Positions 10,647-23,604 of a stretch of 64,000 nucleotides of DNA are shown in pieces. This stretch comes from Geosiphon pyriformis uo1 (taxonomy: Eukaryota > Fungi > Glomeromycota). The notes below the pieces were generated by a model. It worked only from the letters and a program-made list of their open reading frames with translations, was not told the origin of the DNA and ran no database searches. The stretch is from NCBI GenBank assembly GCA_016748015.1, contig JAAOMT010000387.1, positions 93,932 to 157,931 on the forward strand. The letters are read 5' to 3'. Numbering within the stretch: the first letter of the stretch is position 1; each line of letters opens with the position of its first letter. Both the position numbers and the translations under genes were made by a program.

Positions 10647-12813
10647 TAAACAATTTTTTTACTTGGTTTTAGCTGTCTTGTAGCCTATAATTAACTATCA
10701 AACACAATTTAGTTTTGTTTCTTTAAGTGTATGCTACAAATAAGATGTGATGATCAAAAAAAGCTTAGAGCCAAGACTGGTTTGCCACATGATTTTCTCA
10801 GTAAGGTTTTGTACCATCTATTTTTGTATGAGTTGAAACCCTTTGAACAAGTTCAATCTGAAAGAAAACTTGCTTTATTGATCTTTTTCTCTAACACTTA
10901 TGAATCTACAAGTTATAAAGTAATCTTTTATGAATTCTTCGCAATTTTCTGTCAAGTTACATATTAGTTCAGTAAACAATTTTTTAGCTGGAGTGGTGAA
11001 AATTCTTTTGGACAATAAACTATCTTTGGCAAACAATTTGCCTAGTGCTTTTTGTGAGTCTAATAGATTTTTAATGTTTAGTATCTTGGGTCAGCCTTTG
11101 TATTTTACCTCTGTTCTTTCATTAAAGTGGTTTGGCATTGCATTTGGTGATAGACTTTTGGACAAAAAAAAGAATGTAATGGATTGGAAAACATTTCAGT
11201 GGTAGAAAAAATTGGACTTAAGGGGCCCTGTGCTTTTTGGTTTACTTTAGCATTTGAGTTTATGATCAAGTTTACTTCTTTGGAGGGTGAGACTGCTGCT
11301 ATTCCTAGGGTGCCTGTATTGAATGTTTTAGAATCTAAGAGATTCTCTAATATTTGTGATGGTCTGCTGGAGATTTGGTCCAGTTGTATTAAAGTTTTTA
11401 CAGATAGATTCCTAAAAAATGCTGATTTTATTGAGATAACTGGTAGTACAGCTGTTTACTTTTTAGTTGTGAATATGAGTATTGGGATTAAGGTGGCTGG
11501 GCTTCTGTCTTCTACTCTGACTAAGTTGCAAACTGTTGTTTTGGCTTTGGAGTGTGTTCTGTCTTTGTGTTCTGTGATTGTGTACTCAGACAGCCAGTCT
11601 GCTATTAATGTCTGCATATCTGAAACTTTTTTCTCTGTGTCTGACTTCTATAATCAGTGTTGAATTAAGTGATTGCACATAGTCAATCTTCTTAAAAATA
11701 AAAACATTTCTGCTAAATGGGTGAAAGTTAAAGGATACTTTGGAGTACCTGGTAATGTTAGGACTGATGTATTGGCTAATGAATCCATTTTTTCACCTCT
11801 TTTTTTGCCAGTTGGAATTTGGGAAAGATTTTTGGTTGCTGAGAATACTGTAATATCTAGCAATACTTGTCATTTTGTTCACAATCAATACTGGTTTATT
11901 TGTCATGCTCATTAGAAGACTGGTCTCAGTTTTAATATAGTTCCAGATGCTATAATTAAGGAAATAGATTGGAATACCACTTCAAGGATTTGGCACTTTG
12001 ATTCACATATGCTTACTGAATTTACGAGTAGAAAGTTGGCCAATTTGCACACATATTTAATAAAATCTGTATATAGGCAGCTGCCAGTTGCAGTCAGAAA
12101 AAGACTTTACAATAAAAGTTATCTTGGGGTGCTGTGCCTGCTTTGTAGTAAGATGAAGTTGTCTGACCATGCTTTCACTTATTTTAGTGACTCTTGTCTC
12201 CATGAAGACATTTTGGTTGAAGCTGCTAAGAAATGAATGTTATTGTCTGGTCTTTTGTGTTTGTCTATCTCTATTATTTTATGGTCACTTTTAATGTGTT
12301 TTTTGGATGTGGGTCTTTACATGGCTATTTGTAAGAGTTTTGTGTTGGAAAATTGGTATGATAAAGCTGTTGTGGTCTTTAAAGGTAAAGAAAAAACTAT
12401 ATTGGCTTTTGTTAAATTTGTTGGTTTTGTGGTAGAGTTATATTGTACTAAGATGTGATTTATTAAGTCTAAGCATAGAATAGATATGAAAAAAGCTGGT
12501 TTAATCAAGGATAGTAGTGTTGTGTCAGGTTTTTTTTGCTACTTAAAATTGGCACTATTAGATAGGATGGTTCATATGCTTAGTGTTATAAACTTTTTTG
12601 CTGTTAAGTTTGATAGATATAGATTGTGTCATTTTTTTTCTGGTTTGGGTAGTGATATGTATGTTTATATAGGTATATAGTGTAGTCTTGTTTGGCCCAA
12701 GTGACTAACCATATGTAAATAGTGTGTAAACTGCATTTAGTTGGTTCCACTTAATTTGGTTCTATGTACTAAATAGCAGTTGAATTTTATTCATTAAATC
12801 ATGTAATAAAAAA
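10647..12813 (+). mobile_element. LINE copy A, 3' part (post-RT region, RNase H, C-terminal Zn motif, 3' UTR, A-rich tail)
   Basis: Continues ...KAI/KQFFYLVLAVL across the LTR insertion; RNase H FTD.F...YSDSQSA...KVKGY.G..GN...D; CLLCSKMKLSDHAF; stop at 12680; family 3' UTR, then TAATAAAAAAA. Confidence 0.9.
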
Positions 12814-13189
12814 ACAAAACAAAATATATACAAGTTTTTCTAAAATTATGCTTTAAAATTTCTAATTACTTTGTTAAATTAAACAGATATAAAATTATAT
12901 AAATTAAGTTTTTTTATTAACAAAATAATAATTAAACTTTTTTGTTTACAAATTAATTAATAAATATATTTTAATAATATTATAATTAAAAATAACAAAA
13001 TTTTTTTAAAATCTTAACAAAAAAAATATTTTGTAATTAACAAAAATATATTGTTTAAAAACAAATAATATTCTATAAAAATTATAAATATTTTAACAAA
13101 AAAGCACTTTAAAAAATTAACTCTTATTTAATTAAATAAAAAAATAAATTCAAAATTTAAGAATTTATGTTTAAAATTTTTTTTAATAT

Positions 13190-16100
13190 ATAATTTAATT
13201 ACTATTTAATATAATATATTAAACTAAGTAACTTAAATTAAAAGTAATTTATGTACTTTCTACATGTAATTAAACATAAATTCAATTTAAGTTAAACTAT
13301 ATTAAATTTTAAAAAAAAATTTATTTTAAGAAAATATTTTATTTATAATAACAATTAATATACTATTATTTTTAATTAAATTACTTAACTATTTAATAAT
13401 TATATTTATATTAGATTTAATATTATTAAGTTAATATTCCTGGAAATAATAGGTTAAAAAAAAATTTATTATTAAATAAACTAGTATTATACTTATTTAT
13501 ATAAATATTAAAATTATATTTAGTTTTAATTATTATTATATTCAAAAAAAGCTGATTTACAGTTTTATTAAGAATAAATACTTTATTTTAGATATTAAAA
13601 ACCAAATTTTTAATTTTTATATACAAGACAAAAAAAATATTTAAAAAAATAATGACCAAAATAACAAAAAAATTAATTAATTTAATAATAAATTTAATTA
13701 AAGTAATTAAACTTAAGATTTAAGAATTCAAAAAATCCAATCTAAATTTAATAATAAAATCAACACCAAAAACAGCCAAAAAAACAACAAAAAAAAACCA
13801 AAAAATGAAAGTTTTAACATAAAATTTTTTATTAGTAATTTTAATAAACAATTTAGAAAAATAGGTAATAATACTTTACAATTAGCAAAAAAAATGCTTA
13901 AAATTTTGGCATTTGTTTTTATTAAATATAATACTTATGCAAAGTGCCAATTTTTATTACAACAAAATTTAAAAATTTATATAACTTAAATATTACAATA
14001 ATAAAACATTAATAATAATAAAATCAAAAAAATAGAGAATAAAACAAATATGATTACTAATTTAAAAAATCAAATTATTGATTTTAAAAACAATATAACT
14101 GAAAAAAAAATTGACTAATTTGGTCTTAAAATTATTATTTAAGATCATAATCTCTTTTTAGTTAAACAAAAAAAAGATTTTAATACTGTTTTTTTTAATT
14201 AGTACAAACTAATTATTAAAAACAATAACAGCAGATAAAAAGTTCTTAAAATAAACAACAGTATATTATTACAAACCAATAGATTTCAATTTAATTAAAA
14301 TAATAATATCAAAAAATATGTCAAAAAAATATATTATAAAATACAACAAAAGTAAAAAAAAAACCAAAAGTTATTACAAAAAATTTTGCAATTATAAGTA
14401 TAATTAAAAAAAAAATCATTAATAAAAATCTTAATAAAAACAAAGTTTATATAAAACAACTTAATATTGTTTTTTAAAAAAAAGTTGAATTTAACAAAAC
14501 CAAACAGCAAATAAAATAAAAAATTAACCAAGACCAATTTAACTTTAAAAGTAAAATTAAATATTAAAATAGAAACTATTTACTTAAAAAACTTTTAATA
14601 ACTAGAAATTGTTTTTTAGATATTATTAAAGACAACATTAGAAAACAAAAAAAAAAGATTAATTTAATTTTTAAGATTCAATAACTTAATAATTTGTTTT
14701 GTTTTTAAAATTAGCAATAATTTGTTAAAAAATATCATATTTAATAATATAGCCAACAGTTAATTTTGACTTATTACGAAAGATATACTGTTATTATTAT
14801 TATTTATATTAAGAAAAAGTTAATTGTTACTAAAAAAAATTTATTATATTAGTAAAAAATAAATAACTGTTGTTATTTTTTTAAGTTTTTGATTTTTTTG
14901 GCTATTTATAAAAATTTTCTATAAATATATCTGTATATAATTCTAATACAAAAATTAATTATTTGTTTTTAAACAATAAATGAATCATTAATAGCTTATC
15001 AAAAAATTTTAAAATTTTAGAAACATGTTTAACTAAATAGTTATTTATAATTAAAATAACACTAATATTTAAATATCCTAAATTCAAACTAGAAATAAAT
15101 ACTTTTATATTCATAAACTTATTTGCAATCTATAGTTTAATACCAAAATAAAATTTAGTTTTAGTAACAATTAAAATATTATTTTTTAATTCTTTATGCT
15201 ATCTAATAATATTATTTTGTTTGGCAAAAATATTCATATTTTTAATATTATATGTAATTATTTTTTAAGTTAAACTATTTATTAAGGACAAGAAAAAAAT
15301 ATTATATTATTGTCCAAACTAAAAAACTTTAATTATTTGTAATTAACTTTATTAATCTTTTTAAAACTGTTATATTAACTTTTAGATTACTAATTTTAAT
15401 AATTAAGACTTTGTTTTTATTAAACCATATATTTTGAAAAATATCAACTGTATTAAGCAACAAATAAAAAAACTATAATAATATTTCAATAATAAATTTG
15501 AATTTTGGGCTATTATATTACATAAATATCTTTTTGGTATTTAATAATAATTAATAAAAAATAAAGATATTAAATTTGCAAACAATTTTAACAATATAAT
15601 TAGTCAGCAATTTTATAGAATATTTCAAAATATTTAAATAAAAAAACAAAACTAAAACAGTTGAGTTATTGTTGTAATTGTTGAATAAAAATTTCATTAA
15701 AAAAGTACTAATTAATAATATAAGTAAAAAACAATTTAAAAAACTACTTATTATAAAAATTTAAATAATACTACTAAAAAACATTAAGTAAAACATTAAA
15801 CTTATTTTTTTGTGTAAATAAAAACAAAATATTTCTTGTCAAAATTAATGAATTTTTATTTTAAACTTTAACCAGTAAATTTTAAATTTAGTTCATAAAT
15901 ACTAAAAACATAACTGTATTTTTCACATTTAGTACATACAAAAAGCAATAATTTAGTTTAAATTAAGTTCATATTCTTAAAAACCAAAATTAAATGAATA
16001 ACAATATATTTAATTTTAGCAAAATTAAAACATATAATAGCATAATATACATATATTTATAATATAAAATTTTGTAAAATAAAACATGTTTTCTTATTAT

Positions 16101-17330
16101 AAGACAACAAAAATTTAAAAAAATTGTAAATAATAATATTTATTAGCAAAATGTATAAAAAAACATAATAGCAGTTTTTTAAATTTTATATTTGTTTGTT
16201 ATTGTTAACTTTAATTATACAAACAAAATTTTTATTTGGCAAAATAACTATTTAGAAATAACCAAATTAGTGGTTTTTATACTATTAAATTTAATTAATG
16301 TTTTTTGTTAAAGACCAATAAGTTGTATTTTAATAAATTTTACAGTCTTATATTTAATTAATGTTAATTTTAAAACTAATTTAAACAGATTAATTAGAAT
16401 TTTTTTGATAATAACTTTTTGATCTAATTTGATATTAATTTTTTTAATTTGGTATTAACTATAATATTTGCTTTTACAACTAGTTGTTTAATGACTTTTA
16501 AACTAATTCTAAACATGAACATAAATTTAATAATACTTTAAAATTTTAAGAAAGTTAATGTTTTTTTAAACTTATTGATTTAATAAAAAAGTTTTTTAAT
16601 AAATTTGATTTTTTTATTTAAAAATTTGCCAAAAACTATAACAAAACCAATATTTAATACATATAATTTAACTAACTTAAAACTTTTATGTTTTTTAATA
16701 TATATAGTTATATATATAATAGTACTAATAAATACAAATAATAGAAAATTAAAAGTATTATTATTACTTAATATATTAAAAAATAGTTTTTTAGAAGACT
16801 TTATTAAATTGTAAATTCTGATACAAATATTTCTTAACTAATTTTATCTATAAATTTATTATTATTAAACTATTTAAATTAATATAACTGGTTTTTTTAC
16901 TATTGTGTTTTTTAAATTTTTTAAGTTAAATGTTTTACTTATGCTTTTTATTTTGCTATTAACTTTGTTGTTTTAAGATTAATATTTAATTATGCTACTA
17001 ATTTTTAGCATATATATAATCAAAAATCTAATTAATAAATCTATAATATTAGATCTAATAGCAATTTTTTTGGATTATTTAACAAAACTTTTCAAATTAT
17101 ATATATGTATATCTTAGTTATTTTTTAAATTAAAATAATAATTTATATTATTTATATTAATATTTATAACTTTAGCCAAATTACTAATCAACTTTATAAT
17201 TATAAACAGACTTGTATTAAAAAAAACAGTTAAAAAATAAATAAATAAGAAAAAAATAAGTAAAATAACTTTTTTCAAATTTTAATAGTTTTATAATAAG
17301 CAAAAAATCAACAAAAAAAGTTTTTTACTT
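13190..17330 (-). mobile_element. Extremely AT-eroded ghost LINE of the same family
   Basis: Collinear residual matches to LINE C: 3' UTR at ~13200-13290; 16081-16175 matches 43380-43470; 16600-16670 matches 43900-43970; 16985-17010 matches 44185-44212. Confidence 0.6.
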
Positions 17331-17419
17331 TTTTTAATGTTTTTGGTAAAGTTTTTTATAATTATTATAATATAATAATTATTTTTTGCTGTTATTAATT
17401 TTTTTATTATTATTTAAAT

Positions 17420-17610
17420 AAATACAGTCTAATTATTATCTAGTATATAAAATCAAATTAAGTAATCCTAATTAAATATAACTCACATGCTTACTATATA
17501 TAACCAGTTACTTAAGCCAATTTAAACAATATTATATACTTATATACACAATTAGACCACTATTCAAACCAAAAAAAAACATTTACCAAAACTTACTGGT
17601 TGTTAATAAT
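17420..17610 (-). mobile_element. 5'-truncated, eroded LINE 3'-end fragment
   Basis: tctagtatataaaatcaaattaag...aaccagttacttaagccaa...ttcaaaccaaaaaaaaac matches the family 3' UTR and last ORF2 codons (cf. 17770-17910). Confidence 0.7.
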
Positions 17611-18640
17611 AATTTAATTAAATCAATTTTAATTTTATTAAATAATTATTTAATTTTTATTAATTTTAATGTTTTTGTTATTATTGTTTTATTTTTTATT
17701 AATATAATTATAATTTTTTATATATATATTTTTTTTTAATGCAATTTAACAAATGAAGCCCAACTGCAATCTAGTATATAAAACCAGACTAAGAGGCTTA
17801 AACTAAATATGGCTCATGCACTTTCTATATGTGGCTAGCCACTCAGGCCAGACAAGACAACATTACACACCTAAAAGAACACATGGATTATCATCCAAAC
17901 CAGAGAAAAGGAGACAAGACCTACAACGGCCAAAACTAACAGCAAAAGAGCTAATAATGCCAAGCATCCTCACCACCTTGCCAGACAACAAAGAGTTTAT
18001 GCAATAAGACAAACCAAAAATCAACATGTCATTACCAACCAAACCTGCCGCCTCCATTTTTACCCTGTATGCAGACCTCACCAACCAGGTTTTTGAGCGA
18101 TACAACTCAACAAAACACCCAACAAAACCAACTACAACACTAACAGCCTTCTTTTTACTTTCGAGAACCTTTATAGCCTCTGCACACCAATCCCTCAGCA
18201 CAAATCCCTTACATAGGACAGAATATAAGCCAATGTCCAAAAAACACTGATCAAGAGACTGCAAAACAGCAGAAGATGACAAGCTACAAGATTCAGCAAA
18301 AAACACCCAATTAGCAGAAACAACAGCCAAAATCTTCCTCTGAATTTCCATGTCACAGGAACACATGAAAACATAATCCGACAACTCTACCTCATGACAC
18401 AACAAACACAGCACACCAAAGTAACATTTATTATACAGCCATTTCCTTACTGCCACAGGCATCTGATGGTGCACAGTCTTTATCAAATAGGTGCAAAGAC
18501 AGGAAGACCTCCAACTAGTAAAACCAGCAAGCATATGCAAATCAGGATGCCACACCCTAATAGTAGCTTTCCAATCAACAGTTTCAGTCAACATGGTAAA
18601 AATTATGTCTCGACCAGGGCCTGCCTCCCATTGAACATGA

Positions 18641-19532
18641 TGTTACTCATAAAATATAAGTAGTATATTAGCATATAAATTAGCCAATCATAGGTAGACG
18701 TAGTAAATGTGAAATTCCAGGATTTCTCTCAAAGGAATTGCAAGATTTCAGGAATTACAGGATTCTCACACAAGGAATTGCAGGATTCCAAAATTCCAGG
18801 ATTCCTCTTAAAGGAATTGCAGAATTCCAGGAATTTCAGGATTCCTGACATAAAGAATTGAGGAATTGAGGAATCTCAAATACGTATATATAGCAGTAGT
18901 ATCAGAAGTTAGAAAATTAGTCAATGGGACTTAGAGTCAATTGATTTGCAAAGTCAAATAGACTCCCAAAGTTAATTAGACTCACAGGTCATAATTATTA
19001 AATACCCTTCCTTCAAAAGATAGAATACTATAACTTGAAGTGAAATCACTCTCATATTAATGAAATTATCTATTATCTTCAAATCCATGTTATTATCTAC
19101 TACTTAACCTGCTGGCACAATAGCTCTTGATCACGGTTATTGACAAGACACTTATTTCTTATTTTATTTTCTTATTTCTTTATTTTCTTTTATTTTCTTT
19201 TGTTGTTCACTAAATTGATTAAAAAGATTAAGCACTGAGTTATTGACATCACGGATAATCTGGTAAAAGACCCAGAAATAAGAGTAGAATTATATATTAT
19301 CAGATAGCTTACCAGAAGGGCACAACTGCCAGAATAAATCTGGCCACCAAGCTGAAAAAGAAATTGGGAAAACAACTTGAGAATACAACCACTATCAACC
19401 TTATTGAATCTCTGTCTATTATACAAAGGACTCAACCAAAACCTTCAGATATTACCAACAACATTATATCAATAGAGCACCAAGTTATGAGTTTGTTATT
19501 TGATTTGAGACCCCAAATAATCATCTGTAATA
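18641..19532 (+). repeat. 5' LTR of non-autonomous element
   Basis: Repeat of 20769-21713; contains GGAATTCCA/GGATTCC short repeats and TATATATAG; followed by the PBS. Confidence 0.88.
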
Positions 19533-19534
19533 TT

Positions 19535-19551
19535 TGGTGCTCTCTGTGAAG
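19535..19551 (+). promoter_or_regulatory. Primer-binding site (possibly elongator tRNA-Met)
   Basis: TGGTGCTCTCTGTGAAG is complementary to a tRNA 3' end of the form ...CUCACAGAGAGCACCA; the tRNA identity is inferred from resemblance to eukaryotic elongator tRNA-Met ends. Confidence 0.7.
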
Positions 19552-19664
19552 TATAATCCAACAGAGAACCAGTACCAATAACAACCATACAAGAAAGTGG
19601 CAGACCAAAAAAAAACAAGAGAAAATCACTTAGGATTTGCAAAATCCTTATTTTACCATTACCT

Positions 19665-20075
19665 TTGAAAACTCGTTAAATTAAAACTCTGATTATTCAA
19701 GACCTGATCATTAAAACCCTGAACATTCAAAAATTACCATTGATAAATTCATTAAAAACTTGTTAAATTAAAACTTTGTTTATTCAAAATCTGATCATTA
19801 AAACCCTGAACATTTAAAACTTACCTTTAATAAATTCGTTAAAAACTCATTAAATTAAAACTCCGATTATTTAAAACCCAATTATTAAAACTCTGAACAT
19901 TTGAAAATTACCATTGATAAATTTATTAAAAACTCATTAAATTAAAACTCTGATTATTCAAGACCCGATCATTAAAACCCCAAACATTCAAAACTTACCT
20001 TTGATAAACTTGTTAAAACTTATTAAAACTCTGATTATTCAAGACTCAATCATTCAAAAACCCAAACATTCGAAA
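19665..20075 (+). repeat. 87-bp tandem repeat, ~4.5 units
   Basis: TTAAATTAAAACT recurs at 19676, 19763, 19850 and 19937 (period 87). Confidence 0.9.
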
Positions 20076-20539
20076 CCTGATAATTCCAACTCTGCTATCG
20101 TACAAAAAAACTTACCATCAATAAAACTTGTTAAACCTCTAGCAATTCAAACTCCAGGAATTATCCAAAAACCTGAACATTCAAAGTCTAATAAATTCCA
20201 AACCCCACTATCATACAAGGAAACTTACCTCCAATAGCCCAATAAAACCTAATTCTCACAGTACTAATAAATCAGCAAAACTCACCTGATGGCCCTAAGT
20301 CAGAATATTGGGACGTAGTCACAATCCACTTTCATGTATCATATATTTAAAGAAGAGCCAATCAGCAAGAACAAATGAGAATTGGAATCGGAACTTAATT
20401 TCGATTTAAACTCCGCTGATGACAGCAACAATTCAAACTCCACTAATAACAAATGATGATTTAAACTCCACCAACAACAATTCAAACTCCACTTCAAACA
20501 CTGAATGATATATCACACTTCTAGATCTTACAATAGAGC

Positions 20540-20768
20540 AGGAATTAACTCAATTCAGTGATAATAATGAGGGCATTATGTCTGAACATGTACATAATAC
20601 AGATGCAAGATTTGAACATGGATATTCTGGACAAACCACTATAGTTAAAAACCCCAGTCACATATAAAATTAGATTTACAAATAGCAATAGAAATTACCA
20701 TAACAACATTGATACAAAAGAGAGATTTAGAAAATTTTACAGGAGCTCAATATTAAAGGAGGGAATAA
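20540..20768 (+). pseudogene. Decayed N-terminal dUTPase fragment ending at the 3' LTR
   Basis: ELTQFSDNNEGIMSEHVHNTDARFEHGYSGQ aligns with QLKYFNNNGQGIKLEKAHEIDAGYDLRYPEK; ends in ...LNIKGG. Confidence 0.75.
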
Positions 20769-21713
20769 TGTTACTCATAAATATAGAAAGTATATTAGCA
20801 TATAAATTAGCCAATTATAGATAGATGTAGTAAATGTGGAATTCCAGGATTCCTCTCAAAGGAATTGCAGGATTCCAGGAATTGCAGAATTCTTATATGA
20901 GGAATTGCAAAATTCCAGAATTCCAGGATTCCTCTCAAAGAAATTGCAGAATTCCAAGAATTTCAGGATTCCTAACATAAAGAATTAAGGAATTGAGGAA
21001 TTTCAAATATGTATATATAGCAGTAGTATCAGAAGTTAAAAAATTAGTCAATGGGACTTAGAGTCAATTGATTTGCAAAGTTAATTAGACTCATAGAATT
21101 AATTAGACTTGCAAAATCATAATTATTAAAATTACAAAAAAAAAAAGAATCCTTTAGTGAGATCTCTCAGTTTTAGATTTAATCTAAGCAATCTTCCAAT
21201 TCTCAATCATCAAATAAATAATTATTTCATATCTCAATCCACTCTCCACTATTAACACTTCATGTTGATAGAAATTGATACTTAACCACGCTGAAACAAT
21301 AACTCTTGATCATGGCTATTAACGGGATACTAATCTACTAATTGCCTTGGCTTATTTCTTTATATTTCTTTATTTTCTTTATTTTCTGTGATTTTGTTAT
21401 TGTGTACTAACCAATTGATTAAAAGTGCTGATTACTGACATCAAAAATTGTCTGGTAAAAGACCCCTGCGAGTGGGTAGGACACATACAGAAAATACAGA
21501 TTACTTACCAGAGGATTGCCAGCCACCAAGCCAAGAAAAGAATTGACAGACTTGCGAGTTTGGGAAGCTATGGATAAACAACTATTGAATCTCTGTCTAT
21601 TATACAAAGAACTTATTTGAAAATACCTTCAGATTATTATCATTACCAATCGCCTTGAGCACCAAGTTATGGGTTTGTTATTTCATCAACACCCCAAATA
21701 ATTACCTGTAACA
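20769..21713 (+). repeat. 3' LTR of non-autonomous element
   Basis: Starts TGTTACTCATAA after AAAGGAGGGAATAA; ends TGTAACA. Confidence 0.88.
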
Positions 21714-23604
21714 ATGACAAATGGATCTAAACAAATTCCAAACAAAATGACAAATGTTGCCAGACACAAGTGTGTTCTCAGCAACTAAAAAATGCTCACT
21801 GACACCAACAGACAAAGAAAATCAAGAGAGAGCAGCATCCACTCTAACATTGCTATGTACCCCAGAATGTTTCTTAATCTTGACCCAATAAACAGAAAAA
21901 TCCTTGTCATGAACCAAATTAAAAATCCTGCACCTCTCCAACCAACACAAGAAGTGGAAATCAGGCACAGATAATGACATTTCAGAAACGCATGCATCAA
22001 TAGCTGTCTGACTATTAGAATACAATACAACAGAACAAGAAGAAGGAATACACACCAAAGCCAAAGCAATGGCCTACAGTTCGGCCATAGTAGAAGACAA
22101 CAGCCCAAGAACCCTAATGTCAACACTCAAATTAATTGCAGAAAAATAAGCTGCCACTTCACTGGCTACATCAGCATGTCCATAATTCCTAACAGAACCA
22201 TCCATAAAAACCTCAAAAGAACCAGACCAGATCTTATGCAACCCATCTTGAACAACAAAAAACTCCTTGGTACCCAAAACGCTCAAACTAGAAGGACAAG
22301 CAGACTCCACAGAAATGGCCATAGAAGCACCCCTACCACAAAAAAACTCAGACACCACCTTAAACCAGTGGAGAACAGGACCCCTTGGATCCAGCCTCTT
22401 CTAATGCTGAAAAGTCTTCCAACTCATAACACACCATTTTTTATCAAACAGTTTATCACTAAAAGCCACACCAAACTGCTTCAATGAATGAACAGAATTG
22501 AGAAATAGAGACCCCCCCAGAATGGAAGACATAGGAAAGTGACCAGGACTATGGAATGCATTGGGCAAATTATTGGCCAAAAACAGCTCGTTATACAGAA
22601 AAATCTTAACCACACCAGCCAGAAAATTATTTACAGAACTAACACACAATTTAACAGGAAACTGTAAAGAGTTTAGAGGAGACCACTCCAGAATCTGCAA
22701 ATCAAGAAACCTATGCTCAAACAAATGTCCAAGAACACCAAAAGAATTGGAAAATAAGATCAAGACAGCCAACTTTCCTTTGGACTACACCTGCTCAAAA
22801 GATTTTAGGCCATACAAAGAAAAATGACACAAAGCCTCAGTGGAGAAATCATGAGGCAAACTAGCTTTGGACTTAAGATTTTTTCTCAACATCACATCCC
22901 ATTTGCAGCATACAGACGACAAAACAAAGCTGAACTGAGTGCGATAGCTGACAATAGGCTGCAAGACAGCCAACACCAAATATAAGAACTGTTTATCAGT
23001 GATAGCTTTTCTAAGAATCACATTAGTAAAAAAACAAACATTAGAATGTGCTTTGGCCAGACTTGGCTTTGAAAGCGCATTAGTAGATAAAAAAATCCTC
23101 AGATAACGATAAGCCTTACCCTTTTTAGCGATTAAAATGGGAAGACTACTAATACACAAAGAAGCAACCCTAACACCCTGATTGATTGGAATGACCACAG
23201 TCTTTTCATTATTAATAGAAATGTCATTAAGGGCAAAAAACTCACTTGCAATATCCAAAATATTCTGAGTAGCAGTTTGACAGTTCCCAACCCATATTGT
23301 ATCATCAACAAAAGCACCAGCCACAAAATAAGAAGAGAACCCACTGCTGCTCTCAATATGGTCTGACCTCGAAATGAACCTGAAATCTATCTGGTATCCA
23401 AAAAACTGTTCATGCCTTTTAACCTCACACAGAAGTGGGTCATAAAAAATTCTCCACAAAAGGGATGAGAAGACTTCACCCTGATCCAACCCATTATGCA
23501 TCACATAACCATTTAAAAGCCCAAAGTTCGTTATTATCCTGTTAACTCTATTCTCATAAATGTTACCAAAAAATGACACAAATCTTTTACACATTTTGAT
23601 ATAC

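Larger units (their letters stand above)
18641..21713 (+). mobile_element. Non-autonomous LTR element (internally deleted Gypsy derivative, 1.24-kb interior)
   Basis: TGTTAC...TGTAACA termini; perfect TSD ATGA (18637-18640, 21714-21717); PBS TGGTGCTCTCTGTGAAG at 19535; purine run at 20755-20768; no RT or integrase. Confidence 0.92.

Noticed and set aside
14334-16814. Small Phe/Ile/Asn/Lys-rich ORFs resembling organellar genes (possible NUMT)
   Set aside because: Compositional artefacts of AT-eroded LINE DNA; no mitochondrial gene motifs.
18710-18875. Short palindromic GGAATTCC-type repeats resembling a CRISPR or operator array
   Set aside because: 8-10 bp degenerate units with no unique spacers, duplicated in the other LTR; ordinary U3 tandem repeats.
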